The notes beneath the pieces were generated by a model that worked only from the letters and a program-made list of their open reading frames with translations, did not search any database and had not been told where the DNA came from. Shown piece after piece: positions 1 to 8,959 of a DNA stretch of 48,649 nucleotides; positions within the stretch are counted from its first letter, which is position 1, and each line of letters starts with the position of its first letter. The translations under genes were made by a program, and so were the position numbers. The stretch lies in the NCBI GenBank assembly GCA_964565575.1, contig CAZMFL010000001.1, positions 1 through 48,649 of the forward strand, given 5' to 3'. The stretch comes from an uncultured Candidatus Peribacteria bacterium (GTDB lineage Bacteria; Patescibacteriota; Gracilibacteria; Absconditabacterales; Absconditicoccaceae).

Positions 1-1098
1 ATGTCCGCCACTTTATATTTTAAAGCAGGATCGATTTCCAAAAAAGCCATGTTTGATAGGTAAGTCGTGTTTCTTTGAAAAAGCAAAAACTCTTTCATCA
101 TGTGCAGGCACGAACATCACCGCACCAGTAGCGTAGTCTGGAAGAACGTAATCAGCGAACCAAACTGGTACTTTTTCACCTGTTAGCGGATGTATTGCAT
201 AGACTCATGAAAACACACCAGATTTAGTTTCAGAGTCTTGTTGTCTTTCAATGGCAGTTTTTTTACCGGTTGCAAAACGATATTCGTCTAACTCCTTTTT
301 ATATTCCGCAGGAATATATGCATCGATAGATGCATTTTCAGGGGCTAACACAATTGCCGTCACACCAAAAAGCGTATCGGGACGAGTTGTAAAGACGGTT
401 ATTTTTTCTATTATATTTTTTTCTTGTCCATGGAGAGCAAAGTCAATCTCTGCTCCAACTGATTTTCCGATCCAATATTTTTGCTGAATTTTGGTCTCCT
501 CTGGCCAGTCAATACTATCCAATCCATCTATTAGTTTTTCTGCATAATCGGTAATTTTGATGAACCACTGTGGGTGTTTTTTTTGGATCACTTCTTTACC
601 ACAGCGCTCGCACTTACCTTCTACGACTTGATCGTTTGCAAGCACAGTTTGACAACTAGGACATCGATTTACATATGCGTCTTTTTTATAGACAAGTCAC
701 GCTTTGTATAACTGGACAAAAATCCATTGAGTTCGTTTATAATATTTTGGAGAAGATGTTGTCACCTCGCGATCCCAGTCGTACGATCGGTCCATCAATT
801 CACATTGCTTTTTGTAGTTTGCAATATTTTCTGTGGTTACCTCGCCTGCTGGTTTCCCAAGTTTCATAGCGTAGTTTTCTGTTGGTAGACCAAAAGAGTC
901 CCACCCCATTGGGTTAATCACAGTATATCATTGCATACGTTTGAAACGTGCGATAATATCATTTGCAGTAAAATTCATCCCATGCCCGACGTGCAATCCT
1001 GCTCCTGAAGGATATGGAAACATTGCAAGCGAGTAAAAAATATTTTCCTTGCTCGCATTGGTGAGATCTGCTTTGTAGATATCTTTTTCGTTTGTCAT
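1..1098 (-). CDS. leuS: Leucyl-tRNA synthetase, N-terminal ~365 codons (3' end runs off the window)
   Basis: The minus frame is open from ATG 1096..1098 to base 1 when TGA is read as sense. ORF-track pieces 697..921 and 205..645 lie in this same frame. Motifs seen: [14 protein letters not shown] and [16 protein letters not shown]. The in-frame TGA in RFKRMQ[TGA]YTV sits where LeuRS has a conserved Gly. Confidence 0.93.
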
Positions 1099-1176
1099 AC
1101 TATTGTTTTTTATAAAATGAACTAAGAAGGGTTTTGTGAGAGGAATTTCCGTCTACAAGAAAACATTTGATACCGC

Positions 1177-1704
1177 TTATATATATGCAATTTGATCTGA
1201 GTTGCAAATGAAATAATCCAAAAAAAACCGCAGAGAAAACTCGCGGTCTTTTAAAAACATTGTTCATCAGTAAAGTTCTATTTTTACTCTGTTTTGTTTG
1301 CGGTTCCTTTTCTTTTCTGCGATATGGTCTTTTAAATGCTGGTTTTTTTGCATCCTTCTCACACGAGCAGTTGGTTTTTTGGCTGCAAAAGCGATATACT
1401 TTTCAGTGTCTTTTATAATTATCTTCACAGGCTTTGTGTCTTTTTCCCACTCTATACTAATATTGTATTCAAGATAGGGAAATAGTTTTTCAAGCTGTTT
1501 TGATAATCCTTTCAGTACCTGTGGAAAGTCCTCTACCTCAGGAACGATCCCCCAAATTGAACTTATATCTACCATTACAGATCCTTTGCTTTCCTTTATC
1601 CGAACCCGGATTTGACGCATAAGTTCATTTTCCTTTCGTCGCACAATCCGTTCTTTAACAGTTACATTGTGCCCTTTTGCGTTTTTTCTTTTATGCTTTT
1701 TCAT
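1177..1704 (-). CDS. Hypothetical K/R-rich protein (145 aa to the TGA at 1267..1269; 175 aa to TAA 1177..1179 under code 25)
   Basis: The ORF starts at ATG 1704 and I recognise no homology. The 3' end is ambiguous: the code-25 reading runs through an intrinsic terminator hairpin. Confidence 0.55.
1220..1247 (-). terminator. Rho-independent terminator-like hairpin followed by T8
   Basis: The minus-sense sequence is ACCGC-GAG-TTTT-CTC-T-GCGGT followed by TTTTTTTT. That gives 8 bp with one bulge, starting ~20 nt after the TGA at 1267. Confidence 0.6.
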
Positions 1705-1869
1705 AGTTTTATTTTTTTGTTTGGTTATTTACTTCTGTTTCTTGAAGTTTAGCATTCTATTTTTTCTTATCAAGGAAATATCTATAAATATATTGACTTT
1801 CCATTTTGTGTTTCTATACTCTCATCACAACAAAAATGTGATCATTAACAATTTAATCCAAATAAAGCC

Positions 1870-2673
1870 ATGAAAAACAAACAAACAAAACCAAAAAGAA
1901 TTTTATCTGTAAGGGGGACCATTTTAACATTACCTACTTTGGATACGATTGAAGGCCCTGCTCTTGTTTTTATTAGCCCAGAAAGCATATTTATAAGCGA
2001 TACATATAAATTAAAAATTCACAAAAAATGTTTATGTGTTGTTGAAAATATTGAAACTGGTAAAACTAATATTAATTTAGAAGACTATTTCATCCCTGTT
2101 TATCTGGATCAAGATAATGGGATTGATATTGATTTGAAAGACATCTCCTATCTTTTTAAAACAACGCCAGAGCTAGAATTCGAAAAGCTCTCATCTGAAG
2201 ATTTTTTACTATTTGAATTCGGTGGAGTCAGAACAAAAAGCGTTCTTTCCCAAGAAGATCTTTACTCAAATTATTCACTCACGTCTCTTTTCGAAGAGTT
2301 ACAATTATGCATCGGAAGTTACGAATATGAGTACATAATTTGTGCAATAGAAAAATCATTGAGAAAAAAAATCAACAGTATTGGTAGTTTAGATCTAGCT
2401 AATCTCAAAAACGTACTTGAAAAAATTGAAAATTTCAAGACACACGATCCAGCCACAAATTACCAAGAAATGCTTGAAGACTTGCAAACATTGATTGAAC
2501 AAAAAATCAAAAAAACAATAAATGAAAGGAAAAACACAAAAAAAGAAAAATTCCCGAAAAAAGAAGACCTTGAACGCGCACTAAAAAAAGCACTCGAAAA
2601 AGAAGACTATGAAAGAGCTAGTCAAATTAGAGATTCGATAATAAAGATAACCGGAAACGCTCAAAAAACATAA
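1870..2673 (+). CDS. Hypothetical protein with C-terminal UVR-like motif (paralogue 1)
   Basis: Intact 267-aa ORF ending in TAA. The C-terminus EDLERALKKALEKEDYERASQIRDSIIKI resembles the UvrB/UvrC (UVR) motif. The N-terminus is similar to the next ORF. Confidence 0.7.
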   Translation: MKNKQTKPKRILSVRGTILTLPTLDTIEGPALVFISPESIFISDTYKLKIHKKCLCVVENIETGKTNINLEDYFIPVYLDQDNGIDIDLKDISYLFKTTPELEFEKLSSEDFLLFEFGGVRTKSVLSQEDLYSNYSLTSLFEELQLCIGSYEYEYIICAIEKSLRKKINSIGSLDLANLKNVLEKIENFKTHDPATNYQEMLEDLQTLIEQKIKKTINERKNTKKEKFPKKEDLERALKKALEKEDYERASQIRDSIIKITGNAQKT

Positions 2674-2677
2674 CATC

Positions 2678-3499
2678 ATGAAAGCAAAAATTGAAGGAAA
2701 AATAATCATTCTACCTACGCTTGCAGATGAACTCCCTATGTTTGATACTATCTATATAAGACAAAGCTCACTAATTATCTTTACAGATGGAGATGTTTAT
2801 ATAGAGCCAAGCACAACAAATTTTATCAAAGATAAAAATTTGCTTGATGGGTTTTCATTGCCTGTGTTTATTGATGAAGAAGGACTGACCATCAAAATGA
2901 AAGATGTTGATTTTGTCTACTACCCGAAACCCGAGGATGCAAAATCGATTTTAAGTGAAGAGGCAATATTTTGCGGAAAAGCAGACCTTTCTGCTATACG
3001 TACAAAAGAAGAATTGTTTTATCATTATTCTTTTGAAAGCTTATTTAAAAAACTTGTTTCTTGTTTGGATGAGGAAGAATATGAAACCATTTCAAATTTT
3101 TTTTTCAAACTTCTGTATGACAAATCCCAAAATGAAAAAGCCACGATCATTTATTCTTGTAGAGAGATGATTCAGTCGACATTAGACAATTTTTTGGGGT
3201 CAATTACAGAGCTTGACGAATACGCTGAGGAATACAAAGATAGATTGGTTGAAATTATGAAATTTTTGTCCAAACTATTGCCGAAAAAGCATTCCCTGAC
3301 CAGAAAATTGGCTGAAGAAAAATTAGAAGAAGGAAAACGACTGTACATAGAAGAGAGGAAAATCAAAGTCAAAAAGCAGCTGTACGAACTCAAAATAAAA
3401 TTTTCTGAAGCGAAAAAAGCGGAAGATTATGAGTCTGTTCAAAAACTTTTTGATGAAATGCATGCGTTAAAAAATGAACTAACAAATATGGGGAAATAA
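2678..3499 (+). CDS. Hypothetical protein with C-terminal UVR-like motif (paralogue 2)
   Basis: Intact 273-aa ORF lying 4 nt after paralogue 1. It shares the ILTLPTL/IIILPTL N-terminal pattern, the YSLTSLFEEL/YSFESLFKKL core and a C-terminal AEDYESVQKLFDEMHALKNEL motif. Confidence 0.7.
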   Translation: MKAKIEGKIIILPTLADELPMFDTIYIRQSSLIIFTDGDVYIEPSTTNFIKDKNLLDGFSLPVFIDEEGLTIKMKDVDFVYYPKPEDAKSILSEEAIFCGKADLSAIRTKEELFYHYSFESLFKKLVSCLDEEEYETISNFFFKLLYDKSQNEKATIIYSCREMIQSTLDNFLGSITELDEYAEEYKDRLVEIMKFLSKLLPKKHSLTRKLAEEKLEEGKRLYIEERKIKVKKQLYELKIKFSEAKKAEDYESVQKLFDEMHALKNELTNMGK

Positions 3500-3505
3500 C
3501 TGTAC

Positions 3506-3533
3506 AACCGCTCTATTTTAGGGCGGTTTTTTT
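3506..3533 (+). terminator. Rho-independent terminator
   Basis: The stem is AACCGCTC / GGGCGGTT (one mismatch) with a 7-nt loop, followed by a T-run. It starts 7 nt after the stop at 3499. Confidence 0.6.
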
Positions 3534-3580
3534 AGATTATAGAAATTTTAAAACACAAAAGAGTCTGATTCAGAGCCTTT

Positions 3581-4180
3581 TTACTCGCATTTTGCTAGAT
3601 CTATCTGGGCCCAGTGTTGTATTTTTTGTAGATACGGATGTTGCTCTTCTCTCCACTCATTTCGAGGTCTTTGGAGTAGAAAAGAATAAATATTATTTCT
3701 ACTTGCTTCCAGACAGTTGTCCATGCTATCCTCTATCAAAATTGTTGCACCAATATTTTTACAAACTTCGCTTTTTGAAGTATGATTTCCACGCGCATCT
3801 CACACAGCCAAAATTTCTGCAAACAATCATGGAAAATTCTTTTCTATCTGATATGTTGTAATTGCATGCTGAAAGTCTCACCTAGCCGTTAGGACACACA
3901 ATGTATGTCAAGCAAGATGAAGTTCTTGCAATTTTTCCAACGCTCACGGAATAGGTTCTGTTTTCTTTGCATATTCAGAATCTAGATAAGCGTTGAACAT
4001 ATCCATTATTTCATCTCTGGTGAAATCAATATGCTCGTTTTCCTCTAATCTATAATACTTATAATCATGATATGGCCAATTGTAGCCATACATCCCTTTG
4101 ACATACTGGCTAAACCCTTGCATACTATTTATCAAAACTTCATCACAATCTACCGCTATGATACTCATAATTTTTTCCAA
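3581..4180 (-). CDS. HAD-superfamily 5'(3')-nucleotidase-like phosphatase
   Basis: 199-aa ORF under code 25 (4 in-frame TGA), ending in TAA at 3581..3583. HAD motif I is IAVDCDEVL, and ATILIEDS is a motif-IV-like acidic segment. It lies 11 nt downstream of mutS on the same strand. Confidence 0.65.
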
Positions 4181-4191
4181 AATAGTAAAAA

Positions 4192-7100
4192 TTATTTTTC
4201 TAGGTTGTCTTTCAATCTTGCAATCATCTGTAACGCTTGCATCGGCGTTATGTTATTTGGATCAAGCGATCCCAAAAGTCTTTTTATTTTCTCCAATGTG
4301 TTTTTGGCTTCTATTGATTCCTGATCGATACTCATCGCGAAAAGAGGCATAGAATCCGGCATCTTGTCGTTGTTTTGATCACCTTGTGAGATAGAGGTAT
4401 TTCAACTATTTTTGGTTTCATACACACGTAAGTATTTTTTGGCTGCCTCGGTGATAACGCTCGGGATACCAGCCAACTTCGCCACATCTATTCCGTATGA
4501 TTTATCTGCTCCTCAACGAATAATTTTTTTCATGAAGACAACATCTTTTTGCGTTTCGTATACTGCAACAGAATAGTTTTTCACTCATGGAAGATTTTTT
4601 TCTAGTTCAATGAGTTCATGATAGTGCGTCGCGAAAAGCGTCTTTGCACCTATATATTGCACGATATATTGTACTATTGCCTGCGCAAGCGCCATACCAT
4701 CATACGTTGATGTGCCACGCCCCAACTCATCCAAGATGATAAATGATTTTTCCGTTGCATTATGCAAAATATTGGACATCTCAATCATCTCTGTCATAAA
4801 TGTGGACTGGTTTTTCGCAATTACATCCCCTGATCCGACACGCGCGAACAATCCATCTACAAGCGATATTTGGGCTGTCTGTGCAGGCACGAATAATCAA
4901 CAATGTGCCATGAGTATAATCAACGCATTTTGTCTTAAATAAGTAGATTTACCACCCATATTTGGGCCAGTAATGATAGCAAGCGTTGTGTCATCGTTCA
5001 CCAAGTCATTTGGTGTAGAGCCATCTTCGATGGCATTTTTTGGAGAGGTACTCTCGCTTATCATATTTTCTGGGATAGTAGAATTACTTTGAAGTGTCGT
5101 TGATTGCAAGATTTCTAAACTTGTTTGCTGTGCGGTTGTTGGTGTCTCTGATAGTGATTTTTCTGCCGATGATCGTTGTGACACCTCTGTGAATGATTGC
5201 TGTTGTATATCGTTGGATGTTTGTAATTTTTCTAAACTTGTTTGCTGTGCGGCTGTCGTCTCTGATAGTCATTTCTCCGCCGATGGTTCTTGTGAAACTC
5301 CAGTGAATGATTGCTGTTGTGTGTCGTTGGTTGATTGCGATTGCGAGCCGTCGGTGACAAATTGTGCTGTCCCTAGTTGTTGTGAAATTCCTGCATATGA
5401 TTGCTGTTGTGAATCGATAGTTGATTGATCTTCCTCGGTCACCGATTGAAAGATTTCTGTTGCGGCAGTTCATCATTGTGCAAATCAATTCTCACCTAGC
5501 ATTCCGCCGGTATCACGACGTTTCCCAATCAATAAATCGTTTGGAATAAAATGTTGATCGTGTGGCAAAAACGCTTCAATAACTGGATGACGCCCACCCA
5601 AAATTTGTATGGATCATGTAGTTGTCATTTCAGGTTTCACATATTTTTTTTCTTTTGCGAAAAGCGCATGGGAAGTATACAAATCAAGCCAAGCGATACC
5701 ATCGGCGAGCTCATGAAATGCTGCGCTAGCAGCCAAAAGCGAAGCTTTTGCATCTTCCAACAACGCTTGTTCAGAGGAACGTAGCTGAAATTGGGCCGAC
5801 AAGACCTTACGTTGCAACTCATCTAAATATATACTTGTATATCTTTGCCCTGTTTTCAATGTTTGACGACGAATCATCTCGCGCTTCGGGTCGCCTTTGA
5901 TACTCCTGGCTTCAAAAGCATCAACATCCTTGGGTGTAACTTCCAAAACATATCATTGATTTGACACATACTTCACTTTTACGTTTGTAATTCAGGTTGC
6001 CTGTACGAGTTCTTGTTGGTACGAGAGCAACAGATTGTCGCTGTGATATGCTATTTTTCTGAGCTCGTCAATCTCTGTGCTGTATCAATCTTGGATATAA
6101 TCAATATCGTCATTGAGTCATTCAACTTTGAGCAGACTTTCCAGATATACAAAATACTCTTTTGTCTTTTCAAGTGCTTGTGACGAAACAAGAGGTTTCA
6201 GGCCGAGAGATCAAGGGTTGCTATCTGTGGGATCTATACCCACCCGAGACCGGTTTCATAGATCTTTGTGGACTAATCCCAACGCATATCTCAATTTCCC
6301 AAATGTCATTGGATTGTTTTTTTTGTACAAGAGCGTTGAGATAATCTTGGGTAGATCGACCATCCTGCGTAAAATCTCTTGGATATTTTTTGCTTCTCAA
6401 AGATGATCAGTATAATGCGAAATCCACGCCTGACGAGTTTGAATTGTTTCTGTGTGTTGTGTCGGATGTAACAATATCTCCCTCATCAACCTCGCTCAAA
6501 GAGCAGTAGAAGTCTGGTCTATCACACCAAGCAAACTATATTTTTTGGTAGATTCATACTGTGATGTAATAATTTCCAGGTTGCGAATAGTCACAGCATC
6601 AAGCATCACGTCATCGGTTTGTGAGTCATATTGTATGCGAAGAAGTGACCTCGCTACTCCTTCTTGAATGTGTTGTAAATAATGCAACAAGAGTCACATT
6701 GCATACTCTCTGCCATCTTCAAGCGCTTTTCCGAAACTAGAAAGTGTTTGTACACCAAACAATCAACTCAAAAAACGCTCCACGTCAACTGGTTTATCGT
6801 AGGTACTTACTAAAATATCTGTTCACTGTGATGTGACGTATGTGCGAATTTCTGTGTTCTGTGGGAAGTCTATATCAACAACAATTTCGCGTGGTTGTAG
6901 TCTAGAAAGATGTCATAGGAGATCTTCAAATGTATGGAAACTTCTTGTATAGTACGAGCCAACAGTCACGTCTCACCACGCACAATGATACGAGTCCATA
7001 TCGCCTCACGTGTAGGTAATTGCGGACAAATAGACAAACTCTTTTTTGCTTTCTTCGATAAATGTCGCAGGCGTGACAATCTGTGTTACTTTACGTTCCA

Positions 7101-7407
7101 CGATCTGCCCAGTTTTCGGTTCACTCATCTGCTCAGCGATAGCGACTTTGTATCCATGAGCGACTAGTCTCGCAATGTACTTGTCTACACTATGAAATGG
7201 CACACCTGCCATTGGAGCTGGATTTTCACTCGTTCTATCTCTTGATGTAAGGGTCAAATCAAGCACTTTGGCAGCAATTTTCGCGTCTTCATTAAATGTT
7301 TCATAAAAATCTCCCATACGAAAAAAAAGAATGCAATCAGGATGTTGCTTCTTCATATCAGTGTACTGTTTCTGCGCTGGGGTTAGCTTCTCACTATCTG
7401 CATTCAT
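4192..7407 (-). CDS. mutS: DNA mismatch repair protein MutS (1071 aa, with large internal insertion)
   Basis: I hand-translated the whole gene. It is one continuous frame from ATG 7407 to TAA 4192..4194, with only TGA interruptions. The N-terminus has [11 protein letters not shown]...PMAGVPFHS, the centre has [16 protein letters not shown], the Walker A is [15 protein letters not shown], and downstream come [14 protein letters not shown] and ATHYHEL. Confidence 0.93.
4990..5520 (-). repeat. In-frame Q/S/T-rich imperfect tandem-repeat insertion within mutS (~175 codons)
   Basis: The DNA is imperfectly repeated with a period of ~110 nt (e.g. ttctaaacttgtttgctgtgcgg... occurs twice). The repeated peptide units are QQQSFT(G/E)VSQ..SAEK(G/S)[12 protein letters not shown](K/I)LQ. 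The insertion lies between [10 protein letters not shown] and [14 protein letters not shown]. Confidence 0.85.
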
Positions 7408-7468
7408 AGATGTGAGTATAGTGTTTCCTTACGACGGTGCAACAGAAAAAAGAGACAGATAATACTAC

Positions 7469-7885
7469 CTAAACACATTTAGACGTTTTTGAGTTATGCG
7501 ATAACTTTAGTAATGGAGAATTTCATCTCAAAGTAGTATTCCACGCAGTGAGTTGTTTGGAAATAGATACCATCAAAATTAGTTTCTCGGTGTACTGGTT
7601 ATGTGATAAAATGCCAACACTATTGCATGCTCTCCAAATTATTTTGATCAACTCTATGTTTTTCTTTGCCTCTACAAGATGCTCAGACTTTTCCTTAGTA
7701 TTTGTACTCAAAGACGCAAGCGATATTTCCACCAAAACATTTAAAGCATAATTTTGCAAGCGCTCTCCAAAGGTATATTTATATTCTTTAGGAAACGAAA
7801 CGACCAACCTAGACAGAATCGTTAGTATTTCAAAACTATCCTGATAGACTGGTAGATGATCATAAGAAACCATCAAAAAATTCAT
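7469..7885 (-). CDS. avd: Four-helix-bundle protein (23S rRNA-IVS / Avd-like family); candidate DGR accessory variability determinant
   Basis: The peptide MNFLMVSYDHLPVYQDSFEILTILSRLVVSFPKEYKYTFGERLQNYALNVLVEISLAS matches the typical N-terminal pattern of this family (VYQ.s..l...i...FPk.eky.l..Ql). The start is ATG 7885 or 7873. The ORF passes the TGA at 7523 and reaches TAG 7469 under code 25. It lies immediately 3' of the template repeat. Confidence 0.7.
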
Positions 7886-7966
7886 AAAATAAAAAGATTC
7901 TCCCACTCTTTTAGAACTCCTGCATGCACAGAATCCAAAAAAAGAGTGAGAGAGCAATCATAGGAG

Positions 7967-8144
7967 TTCTTGAAACAACGAGCAGAGAAACCGTTTGCAC
8001 GGTTGTTGTTATTAGCTGGGTTAATATTGGACGAATTGAAGTTCAAGTTATAGGAGTTCGTTCCATTAGGAGTAGACGACCAGTAGTTGCCGTTTGATCC
8101 CTGATTGTTAACACCAGCGCTAGCGTTGTTGCGGTTACCTGCTA
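7967..8144 (-). repeat. DGR template repeat (TR)
   Basis: The 178-nt block is homologous to 8970..9147 at an offset of 1003 nt. By hand alignment all ~27 mismatches have A in this copy (minus sense) and C, G or T in the other. In the corresponding frame it is rich in AAC/AAT codons and encodes AGNRNNASAGVNNQGSNGNYWSSTPNGTNSYNLNFNSSNINPANNNNRANGFSARCFKN. It is not part of an intact ORF. Confidence 0.9.
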
Positions 8145-8302
8145 CGTTTTGGGTGATGACTGGATTTGTGTTTTACTATCCCTAATAAAACATCTTGTAT
8201 TACTACCACTCCCACAAAAAAAGAAATAATAGCGCATCACTGAATTCCCATTTTTCCGCACGCTCAAATACCTCTACAGCATTTGACTCTGGCGGAGCAA
8301 TA

Positions 8303-8833
8303 TTACAAAATAGGAAATTGCATCTCTTCCGTTTCTATTTTTCTATCTTTTTGGGTAATATTCTCAGCGGTGTGAAAGGATGGGAAATCAAGAGGTGGCA
8401 ATGGGGTCTTCACATTCACATCCAAAAAAGGGAGATCAACATGTTTGATAATACGCATACTTGCTTCATATTTTTGAATTACACCTTTCATCTCATCAAG
8501 CAAGGAAGCATAGACATCGATTGGTATCGTGATTTCAAGCGGTTTTGTTCCAAGGTGATACTGCAGTACAACTGGTCCTGTTTCATGAATTTGGAGAAGG
8601 ACATACGAATAATCTGCTTGTTTCAACAAATCCATATATTTCTCTCCGGCGTTCGCAGGGAATCCCGTCATCCTTGCTCCTCACTGCACTTGCACTTGGA
8701 ATCCAAAGAGGTAACCCAGCAAGACAGCATCTGACTCATACGCTCTGTAAAATCCTCCAACGACAAACAACAATATTCTATTTTTCCGATCTGGATCAGT
8801 CTTGTAGTGGTTTCGATACATCTGTGGTTGCAT
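8303..8833 (-). CDS. Small MutS-domain-I-like protein (176 aa) between VR and TR; candidate DGR accessory gene
   Basis: The ORF runs from ATG 8833 (alternative 8821) to TAA 8303..8305 with one in-frame TGA. The segment ILLFVVGGFYRAYESDAVLLGYLFGFQVQVQGGARMTGFPANAGEKYMDLLKQADYSYVLLQ parallels the MutS mismatch-binding domain seen in the adjacent mutS ([29 protein letters not shown]...[29 protein letters not shown]). Confidence 0.65.
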
Positions 8834-8929
8834 ACAAAGAGTCGCTATGTGCTAAAAAAAATTTCGCGGTTGGATAGTCATTCTCCTCTCTCCTCCGCCT
8901 CTCGCTCACTACAAGCGCGTAAGGATCAA

Positions 8930-8954
8930 GGGGACAAGGGGAAAGGGTCAAGGG
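8930..8954 (+). other. G-quadruplex-type motif (four G-runs) immediately 3' of the VR-bearing gene
   Basis: The plus strand reads GGGG-ACAA-GGGG-AAA-GGG-TCAA-GGG. It is followed on the minus sense by a purine-rich tract (gagcgagaggcggaggagagaggag). The locus is unusually G/C-rich for this AT-rich window. Confidence 0.5.
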
Positions 8955-8959
8955 TTAAA

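Noticed and set aside
5084-5488. ORFs in alternative frames over the mutS insertion: 134 aa on the minus strand, and 79 aa on the plus strand at 5189..5428.
   Set aside because: They are out of frame with, or antisense to, the continuous mutS reading frame. Their apparent periodicity (TTAIIH...) only reflects the DNA repeats.
7886-7957. The N-terminal extension of ORF 7523..7957 (MLSHSFFGFCACRSSKRVGESFYF...), which reaches up to the TR boundary.
   Set aside because: The four-helix-bundle family pattern begins at MNFLMVSYDHLPVYQ (ATG 7885 or 7873). The upstream part starts from a non-ATG codon in the ORF track and abuts the TR flank, so it is probably untranslated.
8195-8734. A 179-aa plus-strand ORF between TR and VR, considered as a possible DGR component.
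   Set aside because: It is antisense to the better-supported MutS-domain-I-like ORF (8303..8833, minus). Its composition is Ser/Phe/Ile-rich with no motifs. It is far too short and featureless to be a reverse transcriptase.
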